Both the position numbers and the translations under genes were made by a program. Below, piece by piece: positions 10,805 through 21,097 of a DNA stretch of 32,033 bases. The notes under the pieces were generated by a model. The model saw nothing but the letters and a program-made list of their open reading frames with translations. It had not been told where the DNA came from and ran no database searches. Numbering within the stretch: position 1 is the stretch's first letter; every line of letters begins with the position of its first letter. Source of the DNA: Nemertoderma westbladi (Eukaryota > Animalia > Xenacoelomorpha); the NCBI GenBank assembly GCA_032718475.1, contig JAUCBJ010006324.1, positions 1 to 32,033 of the forward strand. Direction: 5' to 3'.

Positions 10805-11863
10805 ACTGGTAGGCCTACACTACAAGTTCAGATTGCACACTCAACTCAGCCTACTCAGATATCTTTTACTTTCGGTATTTGACAATTATGGACAGCAGCA
10901 TCCTGATCATGGCAGGAATGCCATTCTCAACAGTTTCTACGATTCTACCATATAAGACGGACGTACCAGACAGACAGACTTGTACCTACCAGTTGTAAAT
11001 AACGTACGTTTACATACTGCACATGCACAATGCTGTAGAACTACGGTACCGGTACAACGATAATAAAATTTAAGAAATTCCACCAAAAATATTATATTTT
11101 ACTTTTTCGCCAGGAAAAAAAGTTAAATGTTTTCTCCAGCTTTTGGTCTAAATTCGGGCGAAAAAGTAACAATTTAAGAATAAATAATTATTTATTACAT
11201 GGGAAAAAAATTAGAACTTTTTTTCATTATTCTCGAGGCATTTTATTTACCGAGCGCCAGCGAGGTTAATAAAGGGTTGATAGAATATTGAGAAACAAAA
11301 TGTTCTACTTTTTTCTCATATACTGTACGGTAGTACGTAAGTTTATTCTTAAGTTAAATTGGTACATCGTATACAGTATGGTAAGTCTACAGTACATTGG
11401 ATAACGTACAGCGATATAGAGTTACAAAATAAATTAAGCTGTAGTATTTTACTATATTGCTTCCATAGTTACTGCGATTCAAATTCTTGTACTCTGGGTT
11501 TAACTCATGATTCTGATTACTCAACGTTAAAGAATTCAATGTTCTCGAATATTTATTACGTAACTAGAGAGCCGATTAACAACATAAACCAATATTGGAT
11601 ATTGAGTTCCGTTTTGGAGTACGCCTTGTAAATACTAAAGTTACAATAACTTTTGAGTGCTTGCATAGATTTAGCACAAATTACTTGCAAACCTTTTCTA
11701 CGTCGATGCTCTTCCAACACAATTAATGAAATCTAAAAAATGACACCAAAAATATTTTATTTTCCTATTTTCGCCGGGAAAAAAGTAAAATTAATGCAAT
11801 CGTATGGTTACTATTTTCCTATGGAAAAAGTACCTCCTTTTCCCGATTTTTGGGTATACAGTA

Positions 11864-13430
11864 TGGGGCGAGCCACGAAGTGAGTGAGCCTTAGCGTAGT
11901 GGTACCATTAATCAACCTGTCGTTCTGTCGTTCTGTCGCGTTCAATTTTAAACGTTAATAACTCGGCCAATCTTTGATGAAATCTATCCAAACTTGGTAC
12001 ACATGTTGTTTGGCAAAAGTTTAGAAATTTTCCAAGTAGAATTTCAGTGTGGCCTTCGAGAAGCTAAGATAATAGCAGTTAATTAGTTAATTAAGTTATT
12101 ACGGTAAAAACACCATTTTCAACCTGCCTTTTAAAGGAAATTAATTGTTTTACAGTATAAGATTTAAATAATTATAATTAAAAATTATACAGATGTAATC
12201 CCCATACGCCATTCTATTATAGTTTTTAATTAGTTCAAGTGATTTGCTTTAATAATTGTGTCTTTAATTGATCTAAAGTAATTAAAACGGCAAAAAAAAT
12301 TTATTCTCATTAAATACTGCTCATTTATTGGCCAACATGCTGGTACATAGATGGGATGTGTGTGTCATTCCTGGGAATTTGCTGGGAATGATTATTGGTC
12401 AAGTCTCTGCTGCTGGCTGGGAGTTGTTGCTAAGACTAACCAGAGAGGAATAGTAATAGACAACCAGTATTGCTATTCCAGCCCAGACAGCATTCTTTAA
12501 ATTCACTATAAATGTTGTATTGCTATCTCAGGTGAATGACAGATATAATAACATAAATACTATCCATGGCATGGCTGTTGTGTAGGCTTCTGAAATAGTT
12601 TATTCCACAATGTATATGTCTGGTTATTTTTTAATTGAATTTTTGCAAAGTAGTAAAATTAATGTTCTTAAAATTAATATTATTATTTTATATGTAACCT
12701 AGGAAATTAGCTACATTTTTTCGCTGCAGCTTTAAGAGTGTACATTAATTTAATATTATTTCAATACCCATATTATTACATCGGCATAAGATGCGTTGGC
12801 GTTGTATCACACATCTCCACATATCACACATCTCCACATAGATGTATCAACAGTTACTCGCACAGTTTCGAAACTTCGCATAGTTATAACTGTATAAAGA
12901 TCGTCAGTCTGCGTTTAGGAAAAATATTTTATGACAAAACAGGACAAGCGACGAGCGCAACGAGGCATATAATGAAGACGAGTACTGCGTTGACTAAATT
13001 ATTATATAAACCACCTGGCTTCACATATTGATCGCATCCCTAGTTATTATTATTATAAAGAACGTCCTAGCCTGCGTTTAAGAAATATATTTAAATACAA
13101 AACAGGACGAACGCAACGAGGCTTATAATGAATACGAGTACTGCGTTTATTATATTCCTATAAACCACCTGGCTTTGCATATTGAACGTGCGATTGGAAA
13201 TAAGTTCGTGCTACCCTTCCGTGGGTGGTAGATGTCGCGGTTATGTATTGGTGGTTGGGAAGGGTGGGGGGGGGGGGATTAAAAGGGGTGAACACGTACT
13301 GTCCCCCTTTCTTTGATTGATTGGTGGTGTGGGTAAATTTCTCAAAACCTGATTTTGTGATACAGTCGCTCAATTTTAATTTGTATCTCATAACTGGGCC
13401 TCGTGCTGCGCGAAGGCCCCACGAACGTGT
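11864..13430 (+). mobile_element. Non-autonomous Helentron/DINE-1-like (HINE) element
   Basis: Starts TGGGGCGAGCCACG, has a (CTGTCGTT)n microsatellite near the 5' end, and ends CGTGCTGCGCGAAGGCCCCACGAACGTGT. The termini match those of 15132-15741, and the element is absent from the paralogous copy. Confidence 0.6.
12892..13185. repeat. Diverged tandem duplication, period about 160 bp, 2 units
   Basis: TATAAAGA.CGTC...ACAAAACAGGAC...CGCAACGAGGC.TATAATGAA.ACGAGTACTGCGTT...TATAAACCACCTGGCTT occurs from about 12893 and about 13054. Confidence 0.85.
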
Positions 13431-14198
13431 TACCCTGTTAGGTTACCCCTCCCTATAAGGAAATACAATATGTCAGTATGTGTGTGATTATATTTTGTGA
13501 ATGATTTTTACCCTTTCGCGAGTCGCACATGCACTGGTTTCGGAAACTTGGGTTTCATTGAATTTTGAAGTACAAAAAATCAAGTGCTGGCGGAATTTAT
13601 TGCATCGAAGCGAAGTGTTTGGGTTAGGCCTTACTTTACATACATTTTCTGCCATTTTTTATACAAAGGTAAATGCTGAGTGATAAAATAAAAATATGCA
13701 TTGCGTGTGCAATAAATCGTTAAAATGCATCAATGCGTCTTTTCACCTATTCTCACACGAATGGTTCTGTCTACATTGTGTCTCACCCAATTCCACACGA
13801 TGTAACGCTCTCAGCTGTCCCGAGTAGACTCCCATCACTATCATCGTGTTACCTATACATACTGGGGAATGGAAATAAATTCTAGTATTTTCTATCATTA
13901 ATTTTATATTACTTTATTATTTGATCTATTATATTTATTAGTTTTTTTTACTTTATTCCAGTTTACCCGCCAGGGGAAAATTGTTAGGCATAGGCCCGCT
14001 CATGTTATTTATTTATTTTATGTCTTGGCCGCTCGTGTTATTTATTAATTTGTAATTAGTGTCTCCCCCCAAAATTTCCAAGCCCCATTTTTATATTTCT
14101 ACCCCCAAACAAAACCCTTTTAGAAATCTATGGTATCTGGATGGGTTTGATATATTGTAAATTAATAGTGGCTTCTTGATATAAACATGATGTAGTTG

Positions 14199-14231
14199 GT
14201 TATTTTTTCCGAGATTAGTTGGTAACAACAC
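14199..14231 (-). repeat. 33-bp inverted repeat, right arm (partner 7405-7437)
   Basis: GTTATTTTTTCCGAGATTAGTTGGTAACAACAC. Confidence 0.8.
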
Positions 14232-14368
14232 ATTTATTACCCTGATATTTTGTTATTTTTCCGGTTATTTTAACCCTCGGAACAGGAAAGCCTCGGCTAA
14301 GCCTCGGCTAGTTCCTGTTCCTCGGGTTAAAATAACCGGAAAAATAACAAAATATCAGGGTAATAAAT
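14232..14368. mobile_element. Near-perfect 137-bp palindromic element
   Basis: Arms of about 57 bp (ATTTATTACCCTGATATTTTGTTATTTTTCCGGTTATTTTAACCCTCGGAACAGGAA and its reverse complement with 2 mismatches) around a core AGCCTCGGCTAAGCCTCGGCTAG. Mobility is inferred, not shown. Confidence 0.75.
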
Positions 14369-15044
14369 ATAGAAATGTAATTAAACGTTACCCAACTGAT
14401 ATCTGAAACTACGTTTGTACTACATATTAATTAGTGATATTCATCCGCACTAATTAGTTATGTAATGTTATTAACTAGTAATTTTATGTAATATAATATT
14501 ATATAATTGTTATCACCTTTTCCCATCGTTGTTTTGAATAACTCACTTCCTTTACCGCTAGATTAGAACAAATTTAAAACAAAATTTTCAAAGCAAATCT
14601 CCTCCTAGATGAAACTGCAGGGGGATAGAGAACCTCCTACAGTTAGTTAGTTAGATTTAGCTACACTTTAAAGATTATTTACCGCATACTGAATCGGTTT
14701 TAGTGATGTAAAATTATCCATTAAACATACCAGGAGTTAAAATATTTCGACGTGTAAATAATAAGCCAACATGATTTATTTATTCATTGGTGTTTATTTA
14801 TTTAACATGCAGCCAAAATGACAAATTTTGAGTCAAATTGTCTGGATTTGGTATTGAGTAGCTTAATGTGCTTAAAAATAGCCAATTGGAATTGGGTATT
14901 TTTGCTTTTTGAAAAATGACCCACAATAACTGGTGAATGATTTGGGTGCATGTTTCTTTTTTTATTTAATTTTCATCCATTTATTTGTAACAATATTTAT
15001 TGGTATGTTTTTGGATCTCAAATGTTTATTTCGAATTAACACTT

Positions 15045-15848
15045 GTGGGGAGAGTCAAAACTGCGAGCCATCAGCCAACTGTTATAATTATACTATGGCC
15101 GTTTTCTAAAAGTCTGTGGGGGGGTGTGTGTGTGGGGCGAGACACGTAGTCGGCGAGCCTTTGCATACGGTTCATATAGGGCAAATGGGGCATGTCCGTC
15201 TGTCTGTCCGTCTGTCTGGTAAATGTTTGAACGCGAATTTCTCGGCATCGCTCGTTCGGAATTGAACCAAACTTAGTAGGTAAGTAGTAGAGAGAAAGTT
15301 TAGAAAGTTTGTAAAGTTTGGTGAAAAATCATGCAGTCTGACGTCAGCTACGACAGATTATGTGGTTTTTAGAAAATGTTAAATTTCTCGGGAAGGCCTC
15401 ATTTTCCTGAGCTGAAATTTTGGTGGCCTGTAGAGAATCATGAAGTCTATCTTTTACGAAATTGAAAAGTTAAGACATTTAATTGGGGATCCGCTAGAGA
15501 CTCAGAAGTAATGACATAGGCCTACCGGTACGGTACTGCTGTACAGTGCTGCACTGGTAAGTACGAAATTGCAGAATAACAATTTGACACCACCTAGCGG
15601 ATTAACATATGATTGTATATCGAATGAATACATTTATAGCATGGGATATGGGGTCCAAACTAGACATGCCCCATTTGCTCTATATGAACCGTATGCCAAG
15701 GCTTGCCGACTACGTGCTGCGCGAAGTCCCCACGAACGTGTATGTGTGTGTGTCGGAAGCCAATATATAACTAGCCATAGTATAATTATAATTATAATTG
15801 TTCGCTAAGACGGCTTGCAGCTTTTGCTGCACGAAGGCCCCACTGGTA
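15045..15848 (+). mobile_element. Helentron/HINE-like element (outer), inserted without TSD
   Basis: Absent from the paralog (empty site ACACTTGTTTACTTGG at about 25356-25371). Starts GTGGGGAGAG, has imperfect subterminal IRs (CAAAACTGCGAGCCATC...TTATAATTATACTATGGC / GCCATAGTATAATTATAA...GACGGCTTGCAGCTTTTG), and ends GCTGCACGAAGGCCCACTGGTA. Confidence 0.7.
15132..15741 (+). mobile_element. Helentron/DINE-1-like element (inner, nested in a GT tract)
   Basis: 54-bp subterminal IR (15143-15196 vs 15663-15716, about 3 mismatches), a GTCCGTCTGTCTGTCCGTCTGTC (GTCY)n microsatellite directly after the 5' IR as in DINE-1, and a 3' end CTGCGCGAAGTCCCCACGAACGTGT. Confidence 0.75.
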
Positions 15849-16067
15849 TTTACTTGGTGCAGGGGTAGTGTTGGTTATTACTTTACTTATCTTTAACTTA
15901 TTTCGCTAACTTGCATAATGTTTGTGTATATAATAAATATTTCAAATTGCCTAAAAACAATTGTCTAAGAGTTATGTATAAAACCAATATAAATATAGAA
16001 TATTGTGTAATATTTCATATTTCAATCTATATTTTGTAGTCATTTGATTGGCTACCTGTGCTAGTTA

Positions 16068-16220
16068 CCTTGGTTATCTTTGTGGACTTCTTTAAGTCCT
16101 TCGATTCAGTCTCCCGATAACATATATGTTCAGCATTATATAGTTGCATTATATGGGATTCCTGAAGAAATTATTGTAGCCAATCAGATCACTCAAAATT
16201 CAAAAGCAGCTGTAATTATA
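16068..16220 (+). pseudogene. Highly decayed RTE reverse transcriptase remnant (paralog at about 25558-25715)
   Basis: Translates, with frameshifts, as LVIFVDFFKSFDSVSR...YGIPEEIIVA, matching VMTFVDFKKAFDSIHR...YGIPEVIVAG of the LINE at about 22100-22190. Confidence 0.7.
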
Positions 16221-17198
16221 GAACCAACCATCAGATTCATCTGAAATTTGGTAGTAGTATCCTACGAGCATTGCTTAATTAGAAATTCTACACACAGACA
16301 CACTTTACAGTTCCTCTTACTGCCGCTAGGGGAAAAATATCAGAGCTCCAATTGATCGGGCTTAGCCCGTTTTAATGAATTGATAACACAATAAAGTAAC
16401 ACAAGCTGGCAATAATTGTTTACCCTAATAATAGCGCTCGAATTGCACAAATATCATCTCAAAACCTAATTTTCTGTATGAGCCGTCGTCATGCCTATAT
16501 CTAACGCTTGTCCATATTTCATTTCAATTGATTCTTAAATAACGGAGGTATTGCCCTGGACACACACACACACATACATACACAGTACTGTAATAATGGT
16601 ATCTTCTGTCAATAGGACCGTGAACCAATAAGTAATATCTGTAATCGCATCAGTAATATACAGTAGCAGTGGGATTTGGGATAATATAGGGCTCCCATTA
16701 CTCCTTCTCTATCATAATATGATTAAAAATATACACACGGATTTTGATATAGTGAAAAATTAGAAAAAAATGTTTTCAATCTCTTGACTCTAGCAACCTC
16801 TCTGGTCGTCGGTAAATATAATACCTCGATGATACAGAAAATAAAAGTAAGTAATCAAACTTCCCAAGTGATATATATTTAAATTATCCCTATTAACCTT
16901 ATACGACCGCCTTTATCAGCCATTCGACGTTTCGCATATTATTTTTGATTTATAAGTAGTTTAATTAACTCATCCATTTCCACAATGCTTTCAGATATTA
17001 ATAATTTAAACTATTTAAGCCAACACACCTGCTGGCTGTTGGTGCTTCTACGGTACTTAACAAACCAACTTTAATTTATTACAGTCATTCATTCGCTTTA
17101 TTTATCTTTGTTTCAATCAATTTATAAAGTTTATATATGAAGTAAAATCACAACTAGAAACCGTCAGAAGGGAGGGGAATGGAACGTATTGTAAAGAG

Positions 17199-19138
17199 TG
17201 TGGAACGGGTTGGGGCTGGATGTAGAACGGGTTTGGGCTGATGTGGAACGGGTTGGGGTTGGATGTGGAACGGGTTGGGGCTGATGTGGAACGGGTTGGG
17301 GCTGTGGTGGAATCAGTTGGGGCTGATGTGGAACGGGTTGGGGCTGATGTGACGGTCGAAACGTTTAACTCTCGTCTAAAAACCCACCTGTTTCGTTTGG
17401 AGTATTCTACAGACTAATCTTTATTTTAATTTTTTATTTCACTGTTCCACAATTAAGTTTACTCAAAACTTATTTTTACTGTACTAACTATATATATATT
17501 TTTAAGATACTATAGTTGGTTTTTATCATTGCGCCCTGAACAACTTTTACTAACTGATAGGGCGCGTTATAAATAAATATTATTATTATTATTATTATTA
17601 TTATGTGGAACGGGTTGGGACTGATGTGGAACGGGTTGGGGCTGAGGTGGAACGGGTTGGGAGTGATATGGAACGGGTTGGGACTGATGTGGAACGGGTT
17701 GGGGCTGTGGTGGAATCAGTTGGGGCTGATGTGGAACGGGTTGGGGCTGATGTGGAACGTGTTGGGCTGAAGTGGAACTGGTTGGGGTTGTGGTAGAACT
17801 GGTTGGGGTTGTGATGGAACGGGTTGGGGCTGTGGTGGAACGGGTTGGGGCTGATGTGAAACGGGTTGGGGCTGAGGTGGAACGGGTTGGGGCTGATGTG
17901 GAACGGGTTGGGCTGAAGTGGAACGGGTTGTGGTAGAACTGGTTGGGGTTGTGGTGGAACGGGTTGGGGCTGTGGTGGAACGGGTTGGGGCTGATGTGGA
18001 ACGGGTTGGGGCTGAGGTGGAACGGGTTGGGGCTGATGTGGAACGGGTTGGGGGTGATGTGGAACGGGTTGGGGCTGATGTGGAACGGGTTGGGCCTGAT
18101 GTGGAACGGGTTGGGGCTGATGTGGAACGGGTTGGGGCTGATGTGGAACATGTTGGGGCTGATGTGGAACGGGTTGGGGCTGTGTGGGAATGGGTTGGGG
18201 CTGTGGTGATACGGGTTGGGCTGATGTGGAACGGGTTGGGGCTGATGTGGAACCGGTTGGGACTGATGTGGAACGGGTTGGGGCTGTGGTGGAACGGGTT
18301 GGGATTGATGTGTAACGGATGGGGCTGATGTGCAACGGGTTGGGGCTGATGTGGAGCGGGTTGGGGCTGATGTGGAACGGGTTGGGGCTGATGTGGAACG
18401 GGTTGGGGCTGAGGTGGAACGGGTTGGAAATGATGTGGAACGGGTTGGGGCTGTTGTGGAATGGGTTGGGCTGATGTGGAACGGCTTGGGGCTTGTGTGG
18501 AACGGGTTGGGACTGATGTGGAAAGGGGTTGGGGCTGAGGTGGAACGCGTTGGGGCTGAGGTGAAACGGGTTGGGGCTGTGGTGGAATGGGTTGGGGCTG
18601 ATGTGGAACGGGTTGGTACTGATGTGGAACGGGTTGGGGCTGTGGTGGAACGGGTTGGGACTGATGTGTAACGGATGGGGCTGATGTGCAACGGGTTGGG
18701 GCTGATGTGGAACGGGTTGGGGCTGATGTGGAACGGGTTGGGGCTGAGGTGGAACGGGTTGGGAGTGATGTGGAACGGGTTGGGGCTGTTGTGGAATGGG
18801 TTGGGGCTGATGTGGAACGGCTTGGGGCTTGTGTGGAACGGGTTGGGACTGATGTGGAAAGGGGTTGGGGCTGAGGTGGAACGCGTTGGGGCTGATGTGG
18901 AACGGGTTGGGACTGATGTGGAACGGGTTGGGGCTGAGGTGAAACGGGTTGGGGCTGTGGTGGAATGGGTTGGGGCTGATGTGGAACGGGTTGGGATGTG
19001 CAACGGGTTGGGGCTGATGTGGAACGGGTTGGGGCTGATGTGAAACGGGTGGGGCTGATGTGGAACGGGTTGGGCTGATGTGGAACGGGTTGGGGCTGAT
19101 GTGGATCGGGTTGGGGCTGTGGTGGAACGGGTTGGGTT
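17199..19138. repeat. 21-bp G-rich satellite array 1
   Basis: Consensus GTGGAACGGGTTGGGGCTGAT; about 80 units with occasional 20-bp units; interrupted at 17352-17602. Confidence 0.97.
17352..17602 (+). mobile_element. 5'-truncated retroposon 3' end inserted in the satellite
   Basis: Non-satellite insert ending in a GCGCCCT...AGGGCGC stem-loop, then ATAAATA and an (ATT)n tail (L2/CR1-type 3' end); possible TSD ATGTG at 17347-17351 and 17603-17607. Confidence 0.6.
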
Positions 19139-19277
19139 GATTTGAAATGGATTGTAACTGAATGAAAACTTATATTAGCTCCAGTCCAACAAAAATACAA
19201 ATATTAATTACTAGGCCTATTAATAAATCATAAATACGAATTAATTATTGCTATTGAATAAATCCGAGGGTTGAACC

Positions 19278-20045
19278 ATGTTTCGATTCTTATATTTATA
19301 TTTAATACTCTCAGTACTTTACTTACATCCTATATTTGGTATAGGAACCACCACAGCATACAGAAGTGTAGCTGGTATCGACCACATTCTAGAAGGAAGT
19401 AACCTTGGCAACGAAAGCTTTAAAGACAGCGTCGCTCAGTGCGCAATAACTTGTTCGTCCACCCATGGATGCTTATCGTTTAACTACAAGCAGGTTGAGA
19501 AGCTCTGTCAGCTAAAAGATATCGAGGCTAGTGATGTTGATACAACCGGTCTGGGTCAACATGTAAAAGGGGGGTACTTCTCCCGGTCTCCGACGTGTAA
19601 AGTTGGCTGGAAATACAGACAGGGGAGCTGCTATTGGCTGGATCCAACGTCAACAACTTGGGACAATGCCAAGGCCGAATGTGAAGATAAGAGAGCCAAA
19701 CTGCTGTACTTGAACCCGGAGGAGAACTTCAAAGCGGAAATGCGATGGTTAAAAGAGATGGTTGAGCCGTATGGAGTATCTGCATACTTTGTAGGAGCCA
19801 CTGACAGAGATCATGAAGGTGTGTGGAAATGGAGCAATGGGTTGCAATTAACGGTGGAGCAAATGTTTGCAAGGTTTGGACAACTGACATTCTCGAATCG
19901 TAATGGTTTAACTGGTGGTAATCATGGCCTGGACAACTACCATAAACAACACGTTCTGGTATTTCATCCGTCATTTTCATCACTCAACGATTTCATTGAT
20001 TTTAATTGTTCGTTCATTTGCAAATACTCAGTGGAACTAAAATAA
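19278..20045 (+). CDS. Secreted PAN/Apple domain + C-type lectin domain protein (255 aa, single exon)
   Basis: ACCATG start; hydrophobic signal peptide MFRFLYLYLILSVLYLHPIFG; PAN motif CAITCSSTHGCLSFNY....LCQL; long-form CTLD CKVGWKYRQGSCY...TWDNAKAEC...LL...FVGATDRDHEGVWKWSNG...LND...FICK; intact ORF. Confidence 0.9.
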   Translation: MFRFLYLYLILSVLYLHPIFGIGTTTAYRSVAGIDHILEGSNLGNESFKDSVAQCAITCSSTHGCLSFNYKQVEKLCQLKDIEASDVDTTGLGQHVKGGYFSRSPTCKVGWKYRQGSCYWLDPTSTTWDNAKAECEDKRAKLLYLNPEENFKAEMRWLKEMVEPYGVSAYFVGATDRDHEGVWKWSNGLQLTVEQMFARFGQLTFSNRNGLTGGNHGLDNYHKQHVLVFHPSFSSLNDFIDFNCSFICKYSVELK

Positions 20046-20158
20046 CTGACTGTTAAACTATCCAATACCCCTTAACCTTCCACCGTAAAACTTTGACCAT
20101 TTAGATATTATCGCTCTCACATCATTTATATACAAGTTAATTAGGCAGTGCTCGCCAA

Positions 20159-21013
20159 TACCGAGAGTTAGTCAGTCTCCACACTTACCGAAAATTAGTC
20201 AGTGTCCAGACTTACCGAGAGTTAGTTAATGTCCATCCACAACTTACCGAGAGTTAGTTAAGTGTCCATCCACAACTTACCGAGAGTTAGTCAGTGTCCA
20301 CACTTACCGAGAGTTAGTCAGTGTCCATACTAACCGAAAGTTAGTCAGTCTCCACACTTACCGAAAATTAGTCAGTGTCCAGACTTACCGAGAGTTAGTT
20401 AATGTCCATCCACAACTTACCGAGAGTTAGTTAAGTGTCCATCCACAACTTACCGAGAGTTAGTCAGTGTCCACAACTTACCGAGAGTTAGTCAGTGTCC
20501 ACACTTACCGAGAGTTAGTCAGTGTCCATGCTAACCGAAAGTTAGTCAGTGTCCACACTTACCGAGAGTTAGTCAGTGTCCATACTAACCGAAAGTTAGT
20601 CAGTCTCCACACTTACCGAGAGTTAGTCAGTGTCCACACTTACCGAGAGTTAGTCAGTGTCCACACATACCGAGAGTTAGTCAGTGTCCATACTAACCGA
20701 AAGTTAGTCAGTCTCCACACTTACCGAGAGTTAGTCAGTGTCCACACTTACCGAGAGTTAGTCAGTGTCCACACCTACAGAGAGTTAGTCAGTGTCCATG
20801 CTAACCGAAAGTTAGTCAGTGTCCACACTTACCGAGAGTTAGTCAGTGTCCACACTTACCGAGAGTTAGTCAGTGTCCACACCTACAGAGAGTTAGTCAG
20901 TATCCATACTTACCAAGAGTTATTCAATGTCCAACCACAACTTACCGAGAGTTAGTCAGTGTCCAGCCACAACTTACCGAGATTTAGTCAGTGTCCATCA
21001 ACACTTACCGAGA
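20159..21013. repeat. 27-bp minisatellite, about 30 units (copy 2)
   Basis: Unit TTACCGAGAGTTAGTCAGTGTCCACAC with longer variants; a block of about 173 bp is duplicated (about 20175 and 20348). Confidence 0.95.
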
Positions 21014-21097
21014 CTTAAAATGCGATTCTAGCGATTAGCTTTCATTTGCGGTATTGAATATAGGTGCGTTCACATAACGTATGTGTATGTAAGGGTA

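Larger units (their letters stand above)
10805..13841 (+). repeat. 1.6-kb direct repeat, copy 2, interrupted by the element at 11864-13430
   Basis: Near-identical to 7855-8914 and 9055-9462; the counterpart of 8915-9054 is missing and the inserted element lies in its place. Confidence 0.9.
14814..17198 (+). repeat. Segmental duplication block A, copy 1 (paralog of 25141-26678)
   Basis: Colinear from CAAAATGACAAATTT to CCGTCAGAAGGGAGGGGAATG...GTAAAGAG; both copies lead directly into the 21-bp satellite. Confidence 0.95.

Noticed and set aside
16900-16940. Hammerhead ribozyme on the minus strand (CGAAAC...CTGATAAA)
   Set aside because: Core is not CUGANGA, stems are not evident, and the paralog differs here.
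17567-19200. Repeat-peptide ORFs over satellite array 1
   Set aside because: Same artefact; overlapping ORFs on both strands.
20159-21013. CRISPR-like array or the 162-aa ORF (TYRELVSVH repeats)
   Set aside because: Head-to-tail units with no unique spacers, eukaryotic context, no cas genes.
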